Below, one piece after another: positions 35,900-50,086 of a stretch of DNA of 64,000 nucleotides. Within the stretch, counting starts at the first letter, position 1, and every line of letters starts with the position of its first letter. Source of the stretch: Rhina ancylostomus (taxonomy: Eukaryota); the NCBI GenBank assembly GCA_030265395.1, contig JARFYF010000071.1:5250689-5314688 (forward strand), given 5' to 3'. A program made the position numbers and the translations under genes. Below the pieces are notes generated by a model. The model searched no databases and was not told the origin of the DNA. It saw only the letters and a program-made list of their open reading frames with translations.

Positions 35900-37900
35900 T
35901 CATAGAAAATTTACAGCAGTGAGAGGCCACTTGGCCCATTGTGTCTGTGCTGTTTGAAGAACCCTTCAGCCTGATCTGACCCAGTACTGGGTCCACGGCC
36001 CTGTTCTACTGGGTTCCAGTACTGCTCAAATCTGATGGGGCTTCTAGCAGCGAGTTCCACACCCCACAACTTTCTACTTTCAAGCTTCCTCCAATTACTT
36101 TAAACCTCTGCCCCTGGTTTCCAACCCTCTCCTAAGGGAAATGGGTCTTTCTTGCTTACTCTATCTGAGGTGCCTGATCATTTTTTTTTACACACACACA
36201 CACATCCCCTCTCAGCCCTCTCCACTCCAAAGGGAAGCAACCCCAGTATTTCCAGCCCTGGTAACGTCCTGGTAAATCTCCGCTGTAGCCCCTCCCGTCT
36301 CTCCAGTAATGTAGTGACCAGAACTGCACACACTACCCCAGCTGTGAGTCTGGCGTTTGTTCTAGCATATTCCTCCCGCCCCCCCGTCCTTATACTCTGC
36401 CTCAGCTAATAGAGGATGGCATCTCATATATTTTCTTAAAACCACCTGCTACCCTTGAAGAACTTGTGGGCATACATTCCAAGGCCCTTTGCTCCTTCCA
36501 GAAGGACCATCCTTCCAGTTAGTGTACATTTCCTTGAATCATCTCCCCAAATGCATCTGGATTAAACTCCACATTAATCAGACCATCTACATCTTCATGA
36601 AGTTAGAAGCTTTCTATTTACTGTCAATACACTAGTTTTTGCATTATCTGCAAACTTAAAGTTATCATGCCCCCTATGTTTTGGTCTGTCTTCAAAACAT
36701 ACCAGGGACTGCAGAGACGAGCTGTGTGGAACCCAAGTGGTAACAGCCTTCCAAACACAAAACACCCATAGACTACCCTTTGCTTCTGCCACTGAGACAA
36801 TATTGGATCCAATTTGCCTTTCTCCCTTGGAATCCAAGGGCTTTCATTTGTTTGATCAGCCTGCCATGTGGGACCTTGTCAAAAACCTTACTAGACTACA
36901 TCGAATATACCGCCCTCAACCGCCCTTGTTCCCTTTCCAAAGCATTCACTTTAATTTGACATGATATTCCCGTAACAAATTGGTGCTGATTATTCGCAAG
37001 TAATCTGTTTCTTTATCCTGTCCCTTAGAATGGATTCCAGTGATTTTTTCACCACTGAAGTTAGTTTATCCCTACTTCCCTTTCTAAACAATATTTCCAG
37101 TCCTCCACGTTTGCAACAGTTCTGTAGCCAAGGACAATTCAAAATTGTAAACACAGCTACCACAACTTCCTCCCTTGCTTCTTTTCACAACCTGGGATAC
37201 CTTTCATCCGGACTTGGCAATTTCTCCACTAAGAATTAACTTTCACAATGTTTACCCCTTCCAATATTTCACACTGATTTGCCTTCACTACAACATCCAC
37301 GATCACTCCTTTTCATGAATTCATTAAGAACCTTATTCACATCCTCCACTTTCTCATACAGGTTAACCTTTTGGTCTCTAATATGTTCCACTCTTTCCTT
37401 CATTATCTCCTTTATTTATTCTTGGATATGTTTTTGTCCAAGGGTAAAACGTCCTTGGATTTTATTTGTCCACTTTTTTTCCACATTATCTTAATTGCCC
37501 TTTTAATTTCACTCCCACTCTCTGTACTCTGCTGGACATCCTGGCATGCTAAGTTCGTTGCTTGAAACATATTTCCCTTTTTTGCCATGTCGTACCCAAA
37601 TGCAGCTTATTATTCAGAGGGCTTGAGATTTGGCAGCCCTACCCTTTTCTCAGTTTACCCTGAACCCCTGGATCTCCTTCTGAAATGCCTCCCATTTCTC
37701 TGAGACTGATTCTAGTCACCATTCCATGCCATACCTGCTAAGTCACTTCTCAATCTAGTGAATGTGGCCTAAACCACTATTTACAACAATTACTCCTATT
37801 TTGTTGTGGTCTTTTTCTGCAGCTATACTAAATTACGATTACTACCACCAAAATGCTTTCCATGGACACAGGCTGTCCAAGATGGTTTAGCCATCACAAA
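35900..37900 (-). mobile_element. Old degenerate CR1 LINE
   Basis: CR1 tail near 35910-35960, KFADNAK (FADD-like) near 36640, typical CR1 ORF2 nucleotide remnants. Confidence 0.65.
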
Positions 37901-40900
37901 TTTCAGAAGTCAGCCCAAGTGTCAAACCAGAATAGCAGGCATAGTTCTGCTGGGGCAACGCGCTCAGTTCTGGGACTTTCAGCTTGGAAGGATGGTGTTG
38001 GAGAGGGTGTAAAGGGATTTATTAGAACGGTCACAGGGAGGAGGCACCCGTTAAAGAGGGGAGACCAGCAGCGCAGGAGATACTGGGTTTACAGTGGAGA
38101 CAAACAAGAGGCTGATTTGGTAGAAGTATTTACAATCAGGAGGTGCTTTGATCACATAAATGGGGCAAAACAGGAAGGCCAAGAACTCGAGGGTGTGGAT
38201 TGAAGTCGATCAGCAAAAACAAAACAGAGAGGAGGGGAGGAATATCTTCATGCCGCAAATTGTTGCAAAACTTTGGAAGCAGGTTTCAATTTAGAGAATG
38301 GCAATGGATAAATGCGTGCAGGGGAGAGGTCTGTAGGACCGTGGGTACAGCAGGAGAGTGCGACATAGAGCTAGGAGAAGCGCAGTGGGATGAATGGCCT
38401 CTTCCTCATGTTTCTCTCCTTTCACAAGCGATTCTGCTTCTGTCCAGTCACGTTCCTACAACTGCAACACTGGGGATCAGGTGGAGAAAACTGAGGCCCC
38501 AGGCACGAGGCCCAGAACAAGACCTCCCCCACCTCCCTCCTACTGAACTCTTCCCCGATCATGGTCAAGAAAGGCTCCTGGCCCAGGAGCGGCCCTTCAA
38601 TCCCCCTCTCAGATATTCCCTGAGCTCTCGCTGGGTGAAGTTCAACTTAGCTCATCTCACATCAAGGCAGAGGCACACGAGCCAAGCAATAACCTTCCAG
38701 CAGGAAGCAATACCACCACTCAAAGGACGTGGCACTGGGAGATAAGATGTGCAGGTCATGCCCCATCAACGTTCTCAATGCTAAAAGAGAACCACCACTT
38801 TAAGGAAGGTAAGGCAGCATTGGTTTGAGAAGTGAAGCGCCTCAGTTGTGACCTCTGAGGTTACAAGTTTAATCAGGTTCCCAGAGACTCGATCACACAC
38901 GACTAGAAGATAATGAGATATAGAGCAGAGTTAGGCCATTCAACCCATCGAGTCTGGTCTTCTGTTCAATTGTGGCTGATTTTTTTTTCAACCCCATTCT
39001 TCCCCACTGGAGGGCCAGTAGCAAGGGAGCACCCCACTGGTGGGGCAGCGCCCCGCCCTTAGTGATCAGGGAGCTTCGTACTGTTGGAAGCACCGTCATC
39101 ATAATTGGGTCCCATCTGTCCTCTCGGGTGAATGTAAAAGATCCTAGGGATGCTCCTGGCAGCTGGTCCTGGGATCAATGACTATCAATAGGAAAACAAA
39201 GGCAGATTAGCTGTCCCTTGCTGTTTGTGGGATCTTGCTATGTGAGAATAGACTGCTGGATTTCCTACATTAGAACATTTCAAAAGTATTCCATCCCAGT
39301 TTGTAAATATATCACCGTTGCTTCATTGTCACTGAGAGTAAATCTGGGAACTCCCACCCACCCACACCGGGGCATTTAGGGATAGGCAATAAATGCTGGC
39401 CTTGGCAGCAATGCCCAAATCCCAAAAAAAGAATTTCAAAACACGTCACTGCCCATAAAACACACCAGCACACCCTGAGATTGTGCAAGAAATGCTAGCC
39501 TTTTTTTAAGAATATATGTGAATAAATAATGTTTAGTTTTACATAATTATATCCCACTGTTCTATTGCTGTTTCTTTTGAATAAATTTATGGAGACTGGC
39601 TGTGATATTAGGGCCTAATTTGCCGGTGGCAGTCAGTTACAAAATGGTAATCCTGTTACGGGAGAGTTAAGATTGGATTAACAGCCCGAATCCATCCACA
39701 AGTGTCAGCTTTGATCACCTGTTTATCTGTGGAAGGGTTTTAAGAGAACCTTCACACTACAAAGTGGCAAGGAGGCACTGAGAGAAAATGTGCCAAGGAA
39801 GACACAAGCTACCCTTCACCAAGAAAGAAGATATGTAAACAGCCCTATAATGCTGCAGAGGTTACTAAAACGGGGAGAGAGAGTAGTGTCAAGGTGGCAT
39901 CTGGATAAACAACAAATAACTTATAGCTCCTGAGAGACTGGCCTGACTTTCCGATAATCTCTATTGTACCTGTCACGGATGAGGGCCACTGGTCCCCATT
40001 ATAAACAAAGACAACTTGACTCCACCATATATGAGGGTCATGTCTCCACTATACAAGAGACTGCCTGTCCCCATTATATATTGAAGTCCTGATAACATAT
40101 GGATGATAGCACAGTATGCTGATGGGTTAATCAATGAGGAATGCAGCAGGACCTGCTGGTAACAGCACCTGGCTGACCAAGCAATAAGGTGCCACACTGA
40201 TGAAGCAGCAGCACAGGACCACGTACGAGCTAAACAGCAAACGTAGCACATAACAGGCGAAGCTAAGCAATGGTACCATGAACAGTTCAATCAAGTCCTA
40301 TCACACCCAGTCACAAATGATAATGGACAGTGACAGCCAGTAGAAGAAAGATCTGAGAACATCCCATCTCAACAGTAGCAGGGCTCAGCCAAAGCTGAGG
40401 CTGACAGGTTTGCCCCATGTGGATAGGATGATCCACCTCGGCTGCCCCAAGATCCACCCCCCCCCCTCTGTTTCCAGCCAATCCCACTCACTCCACACAG
40501 TAACAAGAAATGGCAAGAGCACTGGATACGATGAAGGTAATGAGACCAGATGTTGTCCAGCTGTGCACTGAAGGTGTACTCCAGAACCAGTCATGCCTCC
40601 GCACAAGCTGATAAAATACAACAGCAGCACTGTAATGAACTGCACTTAAATATCCCAGCCATTAAGTGCAGGACAAACACAATCTGGATAATTACTCTCC
40701 AAATACAGCCACTCTCAGTTATCAGCGAGAGAGATGTCACCAACAGTGCTCTCAAGTGGCACTTACTTGCCTTCCGATGCCCAGATTGGGTTTTGCTTGG
40801 ACCATGAAGCTCCCCCGGTCCAAACACCTAACCTTGCTCATTACTGGCCAGAGATCAACTTTCAGTGTTGAGTGATCTGGGACACTCGGGTCTCTCTGGA

Positions 40901-41571
40901 CACCAACACTGCTCCCCGTTTAAAAAGTATTCTGCTCTGCTTTTATTCCCACCAAAGTGAAATATTCCATCTCCCGCATCCAATCACTCCGCCTGGCCAC
41001 ACTGCTGGAGCCTCTCTGCTTTTTCCTCACAAACCAGGTTGCCACCAATCTTCATACTGCCACTAAACTGGGATCTATCGCACATGATCCCTTCACCCAC
41101 AGTTTTAGATGGTGAACATCTGAGGCCCTAACACCAAACCCTGTAGGATCCCACCGTTCACCCCCTCCCAACCTGAAAGTGATCCATTTGCTTTCACTCT
41201 ATTTTCTATCCTTGTCATCTTCAATGAACATGACCCTCCAATACCACTCACTCTAACTTTATTTAGCATCAAAGGCCTTTGTTCCAGTTATGAGGAGAGG
41301 CCAGATAGGCTGGGTTTGCTTTACTTGGAACAGGGACGGACAGAGGTATACGAAACTATATGAGGCATTAAAAGGGTAGATAGTTTTCTCCATGGCTGAG
41401 GTGTCTAAAAACACAAGACACTGGTCTGAGGTGAGGAGTAAGAAATTTAGAGGGGATCTGAGGAAGAGCACTTTCACCCAGAAGGTAGTTGAAGTCTCAA
41501 GTGCACTGCCTGAGAAAGTGGTGGAGCCAGAGACTCTCAGAACATTTAACATCTGGACGAGCACTTGAATC

Positions 41572-42655
41572 AAGTGAGACCGCAGTCAGTGCGGATCAGT
41601 AACATCTCCTCCTTGCTGACAACACAGGCGCATCTCAAGGGTGTGTGCTTAGCCCACTGCTCTGCCCTCTCTACACTCATGACTGTATGGCTAAGCACAG
41701 CTCAAATGCTATCTATAAATTCAACGATGGCACCACCATTGTTGGTAGAATCTCAGATGGCAATGAGCAGATGTACAGGAGTGAGAAAGATCGGCTGGTT
41801 GAGTGGTGTTGTAACAACTACCTTACACTCACCATCAGCAAGACCAAGGAATTGATTGTGGACTTCAGAAAGGAGAATTCAGGAAAACACACACCAGTCC
41901 TCATTTAGGGGTCAGTGATGGAAAGAGTGAGCAGCTTCAAGCTCCTGGGTGTCAACATCACAGAGGATCGATCCTGGGCCCAACACATTGATGCAGTCAC
42001 AAAGAAGGCATGCCAGCGGCCCTACTTTGAGCAGATTTGCTATGTCACCAAAGATTCTTGCAAATTTCTATAGGTACACGGTGGAGACCATTCTGACTGG
42101 TTGCATCACAGCCTGGTATGGAGGCTCCAATGCACAGGATCACAAGAGGGTTGTAGACTCAGCCAGCTCCATCACGAGCACAACTTTCCCCATCACCAAG
42201 GACATCTTCAAGAGGCAGTGCCTCAAGAAGGCGGCATCCATCACTAAGGACCCTCACCATCCGGGACANNNNNNNNNNNNNNNNNNNNNNNNNNNNNNNN
42301 NNNNNNNNNNNNNNNNNNNNNNNNNNNNNNNNNNNNNNNNNNNNNNNNNNNNNNNNNNNNNNNNNNNNATCCATCACTAAGGACCCTCACCATCCGGGAC
42401 ATGCCCTCTTCTCATTACTAACGTCAGGGAGAAGGTACAGGAATATGAACACCCACACTCAGCAATTCAGGAACAGCTTCTTCCCCTCCGCCATCAGATT
42501 TCTGAACAGTCCATAAACACTACCTCATTATTCCTTTTTTTTTGCACTATATTTATTTTGTAATACATAGTCACGTCATGTCTTTACACTGGACTGCTGC
42601 CGCAACACAACACATTTCACAACATACGTCAGTGATAATAAACCTGATTCTGAGT
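41572..42655 (+). mobile_element. Rex1/Babar-type LINE 3' portion, nested inside a CR1 3' end
   Basis: QGCVLSPLL..LYTHDC..IYKF.D.TTIVGRISD..SKTKELIVDFRK and ILTGCITAWYG; tail aataaacctgattctga; CR1 sequence on both sides. Confidence 0.85.
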
Positions 42656-42749
42656 CTTAGTAGGCTATGGACCAAGTGCTGATAAATGGGATTAGTGTAG
42701 ATGGGTGGTCAGCATGGACGCAGTGGGCTGAAGGTCCCGCTTCTGTGCC

Positions 42750-45400
42750 TTCTCAAAGTCCAAATAGAACATCTCCACTGGCTCTCCCTTAGCTACACCC
42801 TCAAAAAACTCTGACAGATTTGCCAAACATTTCCCCTTTCATAGATTCACGTTGACTCTGTGCAGTCCTAAGGTTATTTTCCAAGTGCCTCACACTTTCC
42901 CAGCCTCTAACTGGTCTGTGGTTACTTGTTCTCTCTCTCTACCTTTTCTTAAATATCGGGGTAGCATTTGCTGCCTCATGGGAACCATTCTAGGGTCTAT
43001 GGAATTTCAGATTTCTCCAAAGACACCTCTTGGGTTGCAGGTCATCAGGTCCTGGGGATTTATCAGCTTTCTGTCACTTTAAGTTTTCTAACACTTAGCT
43101 AATGCTAATTTCTTCTAGTTCCTCTTTCACTCTAGACCTGTTATTACCAAGAAGTTCTCTGTGTCTTCTATCATGAAGACAGACTGAAAAAAGCATGTTT
43201 AATTTCTCTGCCATTTCCTCATTACCCAGTGCTGTTTCTCCTATTTCAATCCATAAAATGACACACACAAACTTTTACTAAGCTTTCTTTGTGGAGGTTT
43301 TTTAAAAGTCTGTTTTTAGGTTTCTCTTTCCTTGTCATCGTAGGTCCTCCTTTGCTGAATTTGGACATTATCCTGGTCCTCAGGTTTACTGTTCTGTTTG
43401 GCACCATCGTCAACCTTTTCCTTTGATCTAATACTATTTTTAACTTCTGTTGTTTGCCACGGCTGGACCACTTTTCCTGTTGTGCTTACTGCTTCAAAAG
43501 GGATATATATTTATTGAAAACTGAATTAATCCTTTAAATGTTAGTCATCGCTTGTATGAGTGTACTTCCCTGCATCTTATTCTTTCACAATTTGCTTTGT
43601 TTAAACTTAAGACTGAATTAAAAATTAAATTAGAATTGCTTTCAGCCTTTATATAAAAGTTAAGATCTTTAAAGTCCCTGAACTGCTAGATCATCAATTA
43701 ACCCTTTCTCATTGCACAATACGAGATCGAAACTAGCCTGTTCCCTCACTGGTTCCTCAATGTACTGATCTAGAAAACCATTTCTCAAACAGAACGTGAA
43801 TTCAGCTTCTGTTCTATTCTATTGATGTTAATCTAGTTTTCTCAGAGATTCATAGAGCTATACAGCACGGAAACAGGCCCTTTGGCCCAACTTGTCCATG
43901 CCAACCTAGTTGCCTAACTGACCTAATTCCATTTGCCTGCGCTTGGCCCATATCTCCCAAACCTTTCCTTTCCAATGTACCTGTCCAAATGCCCAGCCAA
44001 TATGTAGATTATTGTACTCCCCTTGTTAATAGACCTCTAATTTCCTGATGTTTACCACATCCTAAACAGCTAGACAATTCCTGCCATTATTTCTGACCCC
44101 TTGCTGTTACTAATAATGATTTTGGTTTCTAACCGATGACCCTCTCTCTCCAGTGGTTTCATCAGATCCCTTATCACAGTATTCCCAGCCTTGGTCACTC
44201 TGTGGTGACTGTTACATTGCACCCATTCATTTCTAGTTGTGCTGTTAATTTACCTACCTCGTTACGAATGCTGTACCCACTCATATAAAGAACTTTCAAT
44301 GTTAATATTTTTAACATTATTTCCTGCTCTGATTCTAATTGGTTGCATGTTCCTTCCTCATATATCCTGGTTATCATTGTCTTTTGAGCACGCTGTGCAA
44401 TCGAATTGCATTTTTCAAATGACTAAACTTCACCTCTTCAGAGTCATCCTCCCCAGTACAATGGGGGCTGCTGTTCCCCACAGTATATGCAAGGCTGCTG
44501 TTCCCTACAGAGCTGTTAGTCTGTGCCCACTGCAGGGAATTCTGAGCAGCCCACTGTATGCACAGGGCTGCCATTCCCTACGGTCCACACTGTGCTGCCC
44601 CACTCCACAGAATGCAGAGGGACCCACTATTCACTGTTAAATACATCCCAGCTACGTACGGACATGGATGTTGCCACAGTTGCCAGGGTAAAATATAAGA
44701 AAATGGGGCCACTCAGCCCCTGAAACCTACCCCACCAGTCAATAAGATTGTGGCTGATCTGCCCTAGGCCTCATCTCCCCTTCTGTGCCATTACCCCACT
44801 GCTCTGATCTTCCTTCCTCTGGAATCCCCAGTGATCTGGCCTCCACAGCCCTCTGGGGTAGAGATTCCAGAGATTCACCACCTTCTGCAAGTAGCTCCTA
44901 CACACCTGAACTTCAAGTGATTGCCCCCTAGCCGTGTAACCATTTCCCCTCATTTGAGATTGTCCCACTGGTGGAAACATCTCCACATCAACCCTGCTGT
45001 GCCCTTGGGGATCTTGTATGTTTCAGTAAGATTATCCCTTATTCTAAACTCCAAGGAATATAGATCTATTTTTTTTTCACTGATCACGATATATTCTCTC
45101 ATCCCAGAAATAAGTCCAGTGAATCCCTTCCAGACTGCCTCCAGTGTTAGTACCTAACCTTCCTTAAATGAGGTGACCAAAGCTATACACAGTGTTCAGG
45201 GCATGGCCTCAGCAATATCCTATTGCAAGAGAGCTGGAGTTTAGAGAAAGGGAAGTATTGTTATTATTTTAAAAAGGCCAATTTGCTATTTGACTTCCTC
45301 ATGACCTCCTGCACCTGCTTACTAACTTTTGTTTTGCAATTCAAGAACAAGAACACCTAGATCTCTCTATACTTTGAGCACCTAAAGTTCAATTTGCTCA
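42750..45400 (-). mobile_element. Cluster of old CR1 LINE fragments
   Basis: Endonuclease-start remnant (LKVLYMS.YSIRN..) near 44200-44300 and 3' fragments at 43850-43990 and 44700-45400. Confidence 0.6.
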
Positions 45401-47317
45401 CCTACAGTTAACTCATCTGGAGTTAAACTGTGAAGACAAGTTTACATAAGCTCGAATTTTTGTATTGCCCATTTTAATGGAAGATCAAGCGATGATTTGA
45501 GCGAGTTTTCTCTAAGATTGTAACCGCAACCTGTAACATGGGTGGAGAGAAAGCCAAAGTGTTTGCAGGAATCTTCAGACAGAAGCAGCGAGTGGATGAT
45601 CCATCTCACCCTCCTCCAAAATGATAGGTGGCCATCCTGGACCTCCCTCCCTACCTGAGGGTATATCCACACCTTGAGGACTACAGCAGTTCAAGAAGGA
45701 AGCTCGCCACCTCCAATTAAATGAAGGATCAAACCCTACACCCCTTGAATGTATAAAAACCATTCTGATGATGAGTCCACAGAGTCAGGGTTGGAGGCGG
45801 CAGCCAGGACAAAGAGAAATTGTCAAATCAGGATTAAAAAGGCCATCAGGAGGGAATTTTGGAGAGACTTCCATGAGGAAGAAGGTAGGTATGCTGGAAC
45901 TGTGACACTTGGCACCCTACTGCTGAGTGATTTCACCTTACTGCTGAGTGATTGGTTTTGCCAGCCACAAGGGACGGGGAGGAGAAGCTAGATCACACAC
46001 CCGACACTCTCCCACAGGCTCGAGGAGCAGAGCAACCTCCTCCTTGGCCTGTTGTAGTTGTCCAGCTCTGTGTGCAGGGGTGGGGATATATTTTAACTGG
46101 TCCCCGTACCTTTAACTTGGGGTAAAAAGATAAACGCATCAAGTCCCTCGTGCTAATTAACATAGCAGGTCTCGGCGGAGATCAAAAGCAGATGTGAAAT
46201 GAAACTAGAAACTGCTGGAAACCCTCAGCAGGTCAGGCAGCACCTGTGGAAGAAGAACCTGAAGCATTAACTCTCTCTTTCCAACGGCTCAAAATGGAGA
46301 CCGATTACTGCCGGCGAGAGGAGTGGGTTGGGATGTCTCCCACAGTCGAATATCATACTGGTAGGATTCGGGGGAGGAGTGGGGGAAAAGATGTGGGAGC
46401 GCTGCCAAAGAGAGGGCTGTGGGGGGAGAGGAGAGGAGCAAACCGTGGTGAAGCACGGAGACCAGAAGAGTAACGGTAGGAGCTGGGAAACCAGCCGACA
46501 GGGAACATCACACCGCACCTTTCCCAACCTGAGGCAATGAATCGCAGCCCAACCCCCTCCAAGCTGCCTGAAACTCTAAACCAGAGGCACATTGAGCAAT
46601 ACAAAAAAAGCCAGGCACATCAACAGTGATGATGATGCAGCACCACCAACTGGAGGAGGTCCTGCTACCAGGATGAGCTCGTTCGAGCTTCCCCCAATAC
46701 ACCCCCACCCCACTCCCAGTCCCACCTCAAGCCTTGAGCTAGCTGCCCTCACGTCTCTCTGTGTGGGTCAGAACCCAACCTGCCCCAGGAAACAGGCTCC
46801 ACAAAGCACTGGGGGATGTTTCTGCACAGGCTGGGTCACCAGATAAAAGCAAGCGCGTCACCACGATGGTCCAGGATTTACATGAGATCCCAGAAGCTGC
46901 TGCCCACCTCGCCTCTGTTGAAGTCTCGGCTCCTTCCTCCCGCTCCAAACCTTCATCTCTGTTCCCCCCCCCCCCCCCGCCCCTCAATCGAGCCCTCTCG
47001 TTCACACCAGTTTCCACAATTCTGCCCACCCACCTACTGCCCCTGAACTTCAGGTCCCACTTCCCGGGACCCCTAGATAAAACCCACCCCACTACCTCGG
47101 CCAACCCCCTGTAGACTGGGCTGGGAGAGGCTTCAAACACCTATCAATCGAGGCGGGTAGGCCGCAGCCTTTATCCAAACCTCCCACGATGACAAGGCTA
47201 AAACAAAACAAAAAAAATCCGTGCTCTGGAAGCACACCCCTCAAAACCCCGAAAACCCTTCGCCAGATCTTAAAGTACACCTCGGCTGCTCCGAGCGGTT
47301 CAGCACCTTGATCCTAC

Positions 47318-47465
47318 CTTCCTGCGAGTTCCCAAGGTAACCGACCCCACTAACACTGAGCAGTGGAAGTCACTGACGCAGAGGACCAGAGTGATAGGAG
47401 AGTTTATAACACCGGTTTACGTAGCTGGTGGTTGTTGGATTTCTTTATGAAACCACTTCCTCTTT
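47318..47465 (-). promoter_or_regulatory. Candidate SIPA1 promoter and short non-coding exon 1
   Basis: Minus strand order: PU.1-type AAAGAGGAAGTG (47465-47454), TATAAA (47408-47403), TCAGT Inr-like (A at 47374), donor AAG|GTAGGA (47318/47317); locally more CpG than the surroundings. Confidence 0.4.
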
Positions 47466-50086
47466 CAGCCTCCTCAAAGTCAGTTCCTTTGTGTTTCTCA
47501 GTTGCTGGCTGCCTATCCTCCTTCCCCTCTACCCCCCTCCTTTCCATTGCACCCCTGGCCCTGCGACACAGGAGACTGCAGATTGGTCTCGACATAACCT
47601 GGGAGATGGAGGAGCCTTTCCTGAGCTTTCACTCCTCCCTCCAAATCGTCCCTGTCCATGTTACTTATTAAAGCAGAGGTGGAGGGGCGTGACAACGTAA
47701 TCGAGGCCTTCACAATCCTGAAGGGTTTTGATTGAGCAGCTGCTTCCAGCGGCTGAGGGTTGTGGAGTGGAGGGAGAGAGGAGCAGAATGTGTTCACACA
47801 GGGAGCTGCTGTGATGTGGGGCCCATGCACTGGAAGCAGATAGGACAGGAACATCTTTGATGAGACCAGCCCCACTTTCTTCAGTCTCTCCACGGCACTG
47901 GAATCCCTCATCCCCGAGGCCACTCTAGTGAACCTTGGCATCCTCAAATCTCCGGTCCTGGCTAGATCTATGCACTGGTCAATGCCCATCCTCTGCACCT
48001 TAACGCCTGCTGTTTGGGTAAAGACCTCCACTTCAGAACAGAAGATGGTGGAAACACTCAGCAGATCAGGCAGCAACTGTGGAGAAAGATGCAGTCAACG
48101 CTTCAGGTCGAACTGATGAAGGGTCACAGACCTCAAACTTGAACTGGGTTTCTCTCTCCACAGAAGCTGCCTGACCTGCTGGGTGTTTCCAGCATTTTCT
48201 GTTTTTATTTCAGATATCCAGCCTCTGCAATGTGGTTGATTTCTNNNNNNNNNNNNNNNNNNNNNNNNNNNNNNNNNNNNNNNNNNNNNNNNNNNNNNNN
48301 NNNNNNNNNNNNNNNNNNNNNNNNNNNNNNNNNNNNNNNNNNNNTCTGTTTTTATTTCAGATATCCAGCATCTGCAATGTGGTTGATTTCTGCTAAAGGT
48401 GTTGACCTTAGCTTAGTTGCTAACCCTTTCCTGTTCTACCTCAGAGAGCAGGTCAGGGTTGGGGGGGGGGGGTGGTGGTCAAGACCCACTCCAGATGAGT
48501 CCAAAGGTCCAGGCTGACTTGGAGAGCTGCCCTGTTGGAGGGGTGGGACCGAGGGAGAGCAGAAGATCTTCCCCAGGTCCCACTGGACTCCAGTGACCTC
48601 GGTCTGAGTGAGGTCATGGGGAGGTACCAGATCTCTGGGATAAGAGGAGAGGGGGAGACATCCCCAGCCTGCCCCTCACCTGACCTTTGAAGAGCCCCTG
48701 AGCAGACTCAGCCTTCGACAGGCAGTCGGGCTCAAATGTGTTTTACTTTGTAAATGCCCCCCTTTGATCCAGTGACCCCCTGGGCCACCCCTTGCACCTC
48801 TCGGCACCCTCGGCCTGAGCTGTTTATCTTCTTACCCCGTTAAAGGTACGGGGACCAGTTAAAATATATCCCCACCCCTGCACACAGAGCTGGACAACTA
48901 CAAAAGGCCAAGGAGGAGGCCGCTCAGCTCCTCGAGCCTGTGGGAGAGTGTCTGGTGCTCTCCTGCACACAGAGCTGTTCCCGAGGGAGGACGACTCCCC
49001 TGGCAGCTGCCTGGGAAATGGGAGAGAATTGCGAAGGGGCTGGAACCACTGGTCCGCAGACCGTGCCAATGAGGTGACGTGAATGTGGTGCAGGATTGGA
49101 CAGCAAGGTGGGTGGCAAGGGTGAATCAGGAGCTCAGTGTGGAGACACTGCTGGAATCTGGAGCAACAAACAAGGTGCTGGAGGAACTCAGCGGGTCAGG
49201 CAGCGTCCGTGGGGGGAATGGACGGTCGACGGCTTGGGTGGAGTTGCTTGGTAAAACTGCTCCTACTTCCAGAGGAATGTAACTAAATAATTGGTGGGGA
49301 GAGGGAACCCAAAGTTGGTGCTTCAGCCCCAACCCCTCTCCTCGGCTCTGGTGGGCTGGTTGATATTCAACCACTATGTATATCACAGAGAGAGCGATCC
49401 TGCCTACTCCCGATGCTGGTCAGAGTGCAGATCGAGGAATCTGGGTCTCTTAGGAGCTCAGAATGGAGCCAGGCAGCCCAGTTGTTGAAGGGGCTGAGAG
49501 CAAGGATTAAAGCATTCAGGTCTGACAACAATCACAAAATGATCTGCGTTTTAAAATCACTGGATTTGAAGGGAAGGTGCACACATCTATTCAAGAGACG
49601 TGCATGGCTGAGTGTGCAGAGAATGAATAAACGGGTCAGGAATGGCCCAAGGACCAGAGGAAGCATTCTCTCGAGAGTAATGAGGTCAGGGAACAACAGC
49701 AGCCAGAGAGGGGGATGGAGAGAAGGCAGAGAGAGGGGGGGTGAGAGGTGAGGAGGAGGAGGAGAAAGAGAGGAAAAAAAAGATTAAGGGGAATGAGGGG
49801 GGAAAAGATGGGTGAAGACAGGGTCAATGAGGCAGAGAGGAGGAACAAAGGAAGGATGAAGAGGGAGGAACGGAGAGTGTGTCAAACAAACACAGGCAGA
49901 GAGGAAGTGACGGACACCACAGAAAAAGACAAAAACAGGCAGGATGGATGCAGCCTCATTTCCACGGCGCCAAGCAGGGCATTTGGATAAATGGCCCTTT
50001 CAAAATTAAGAATATCACCATTACACAAACTGTTCCTGGTGCCTGGTTGACTGTGCACGTCTCTCTCCTTCCCAGAGTCAAACCTC

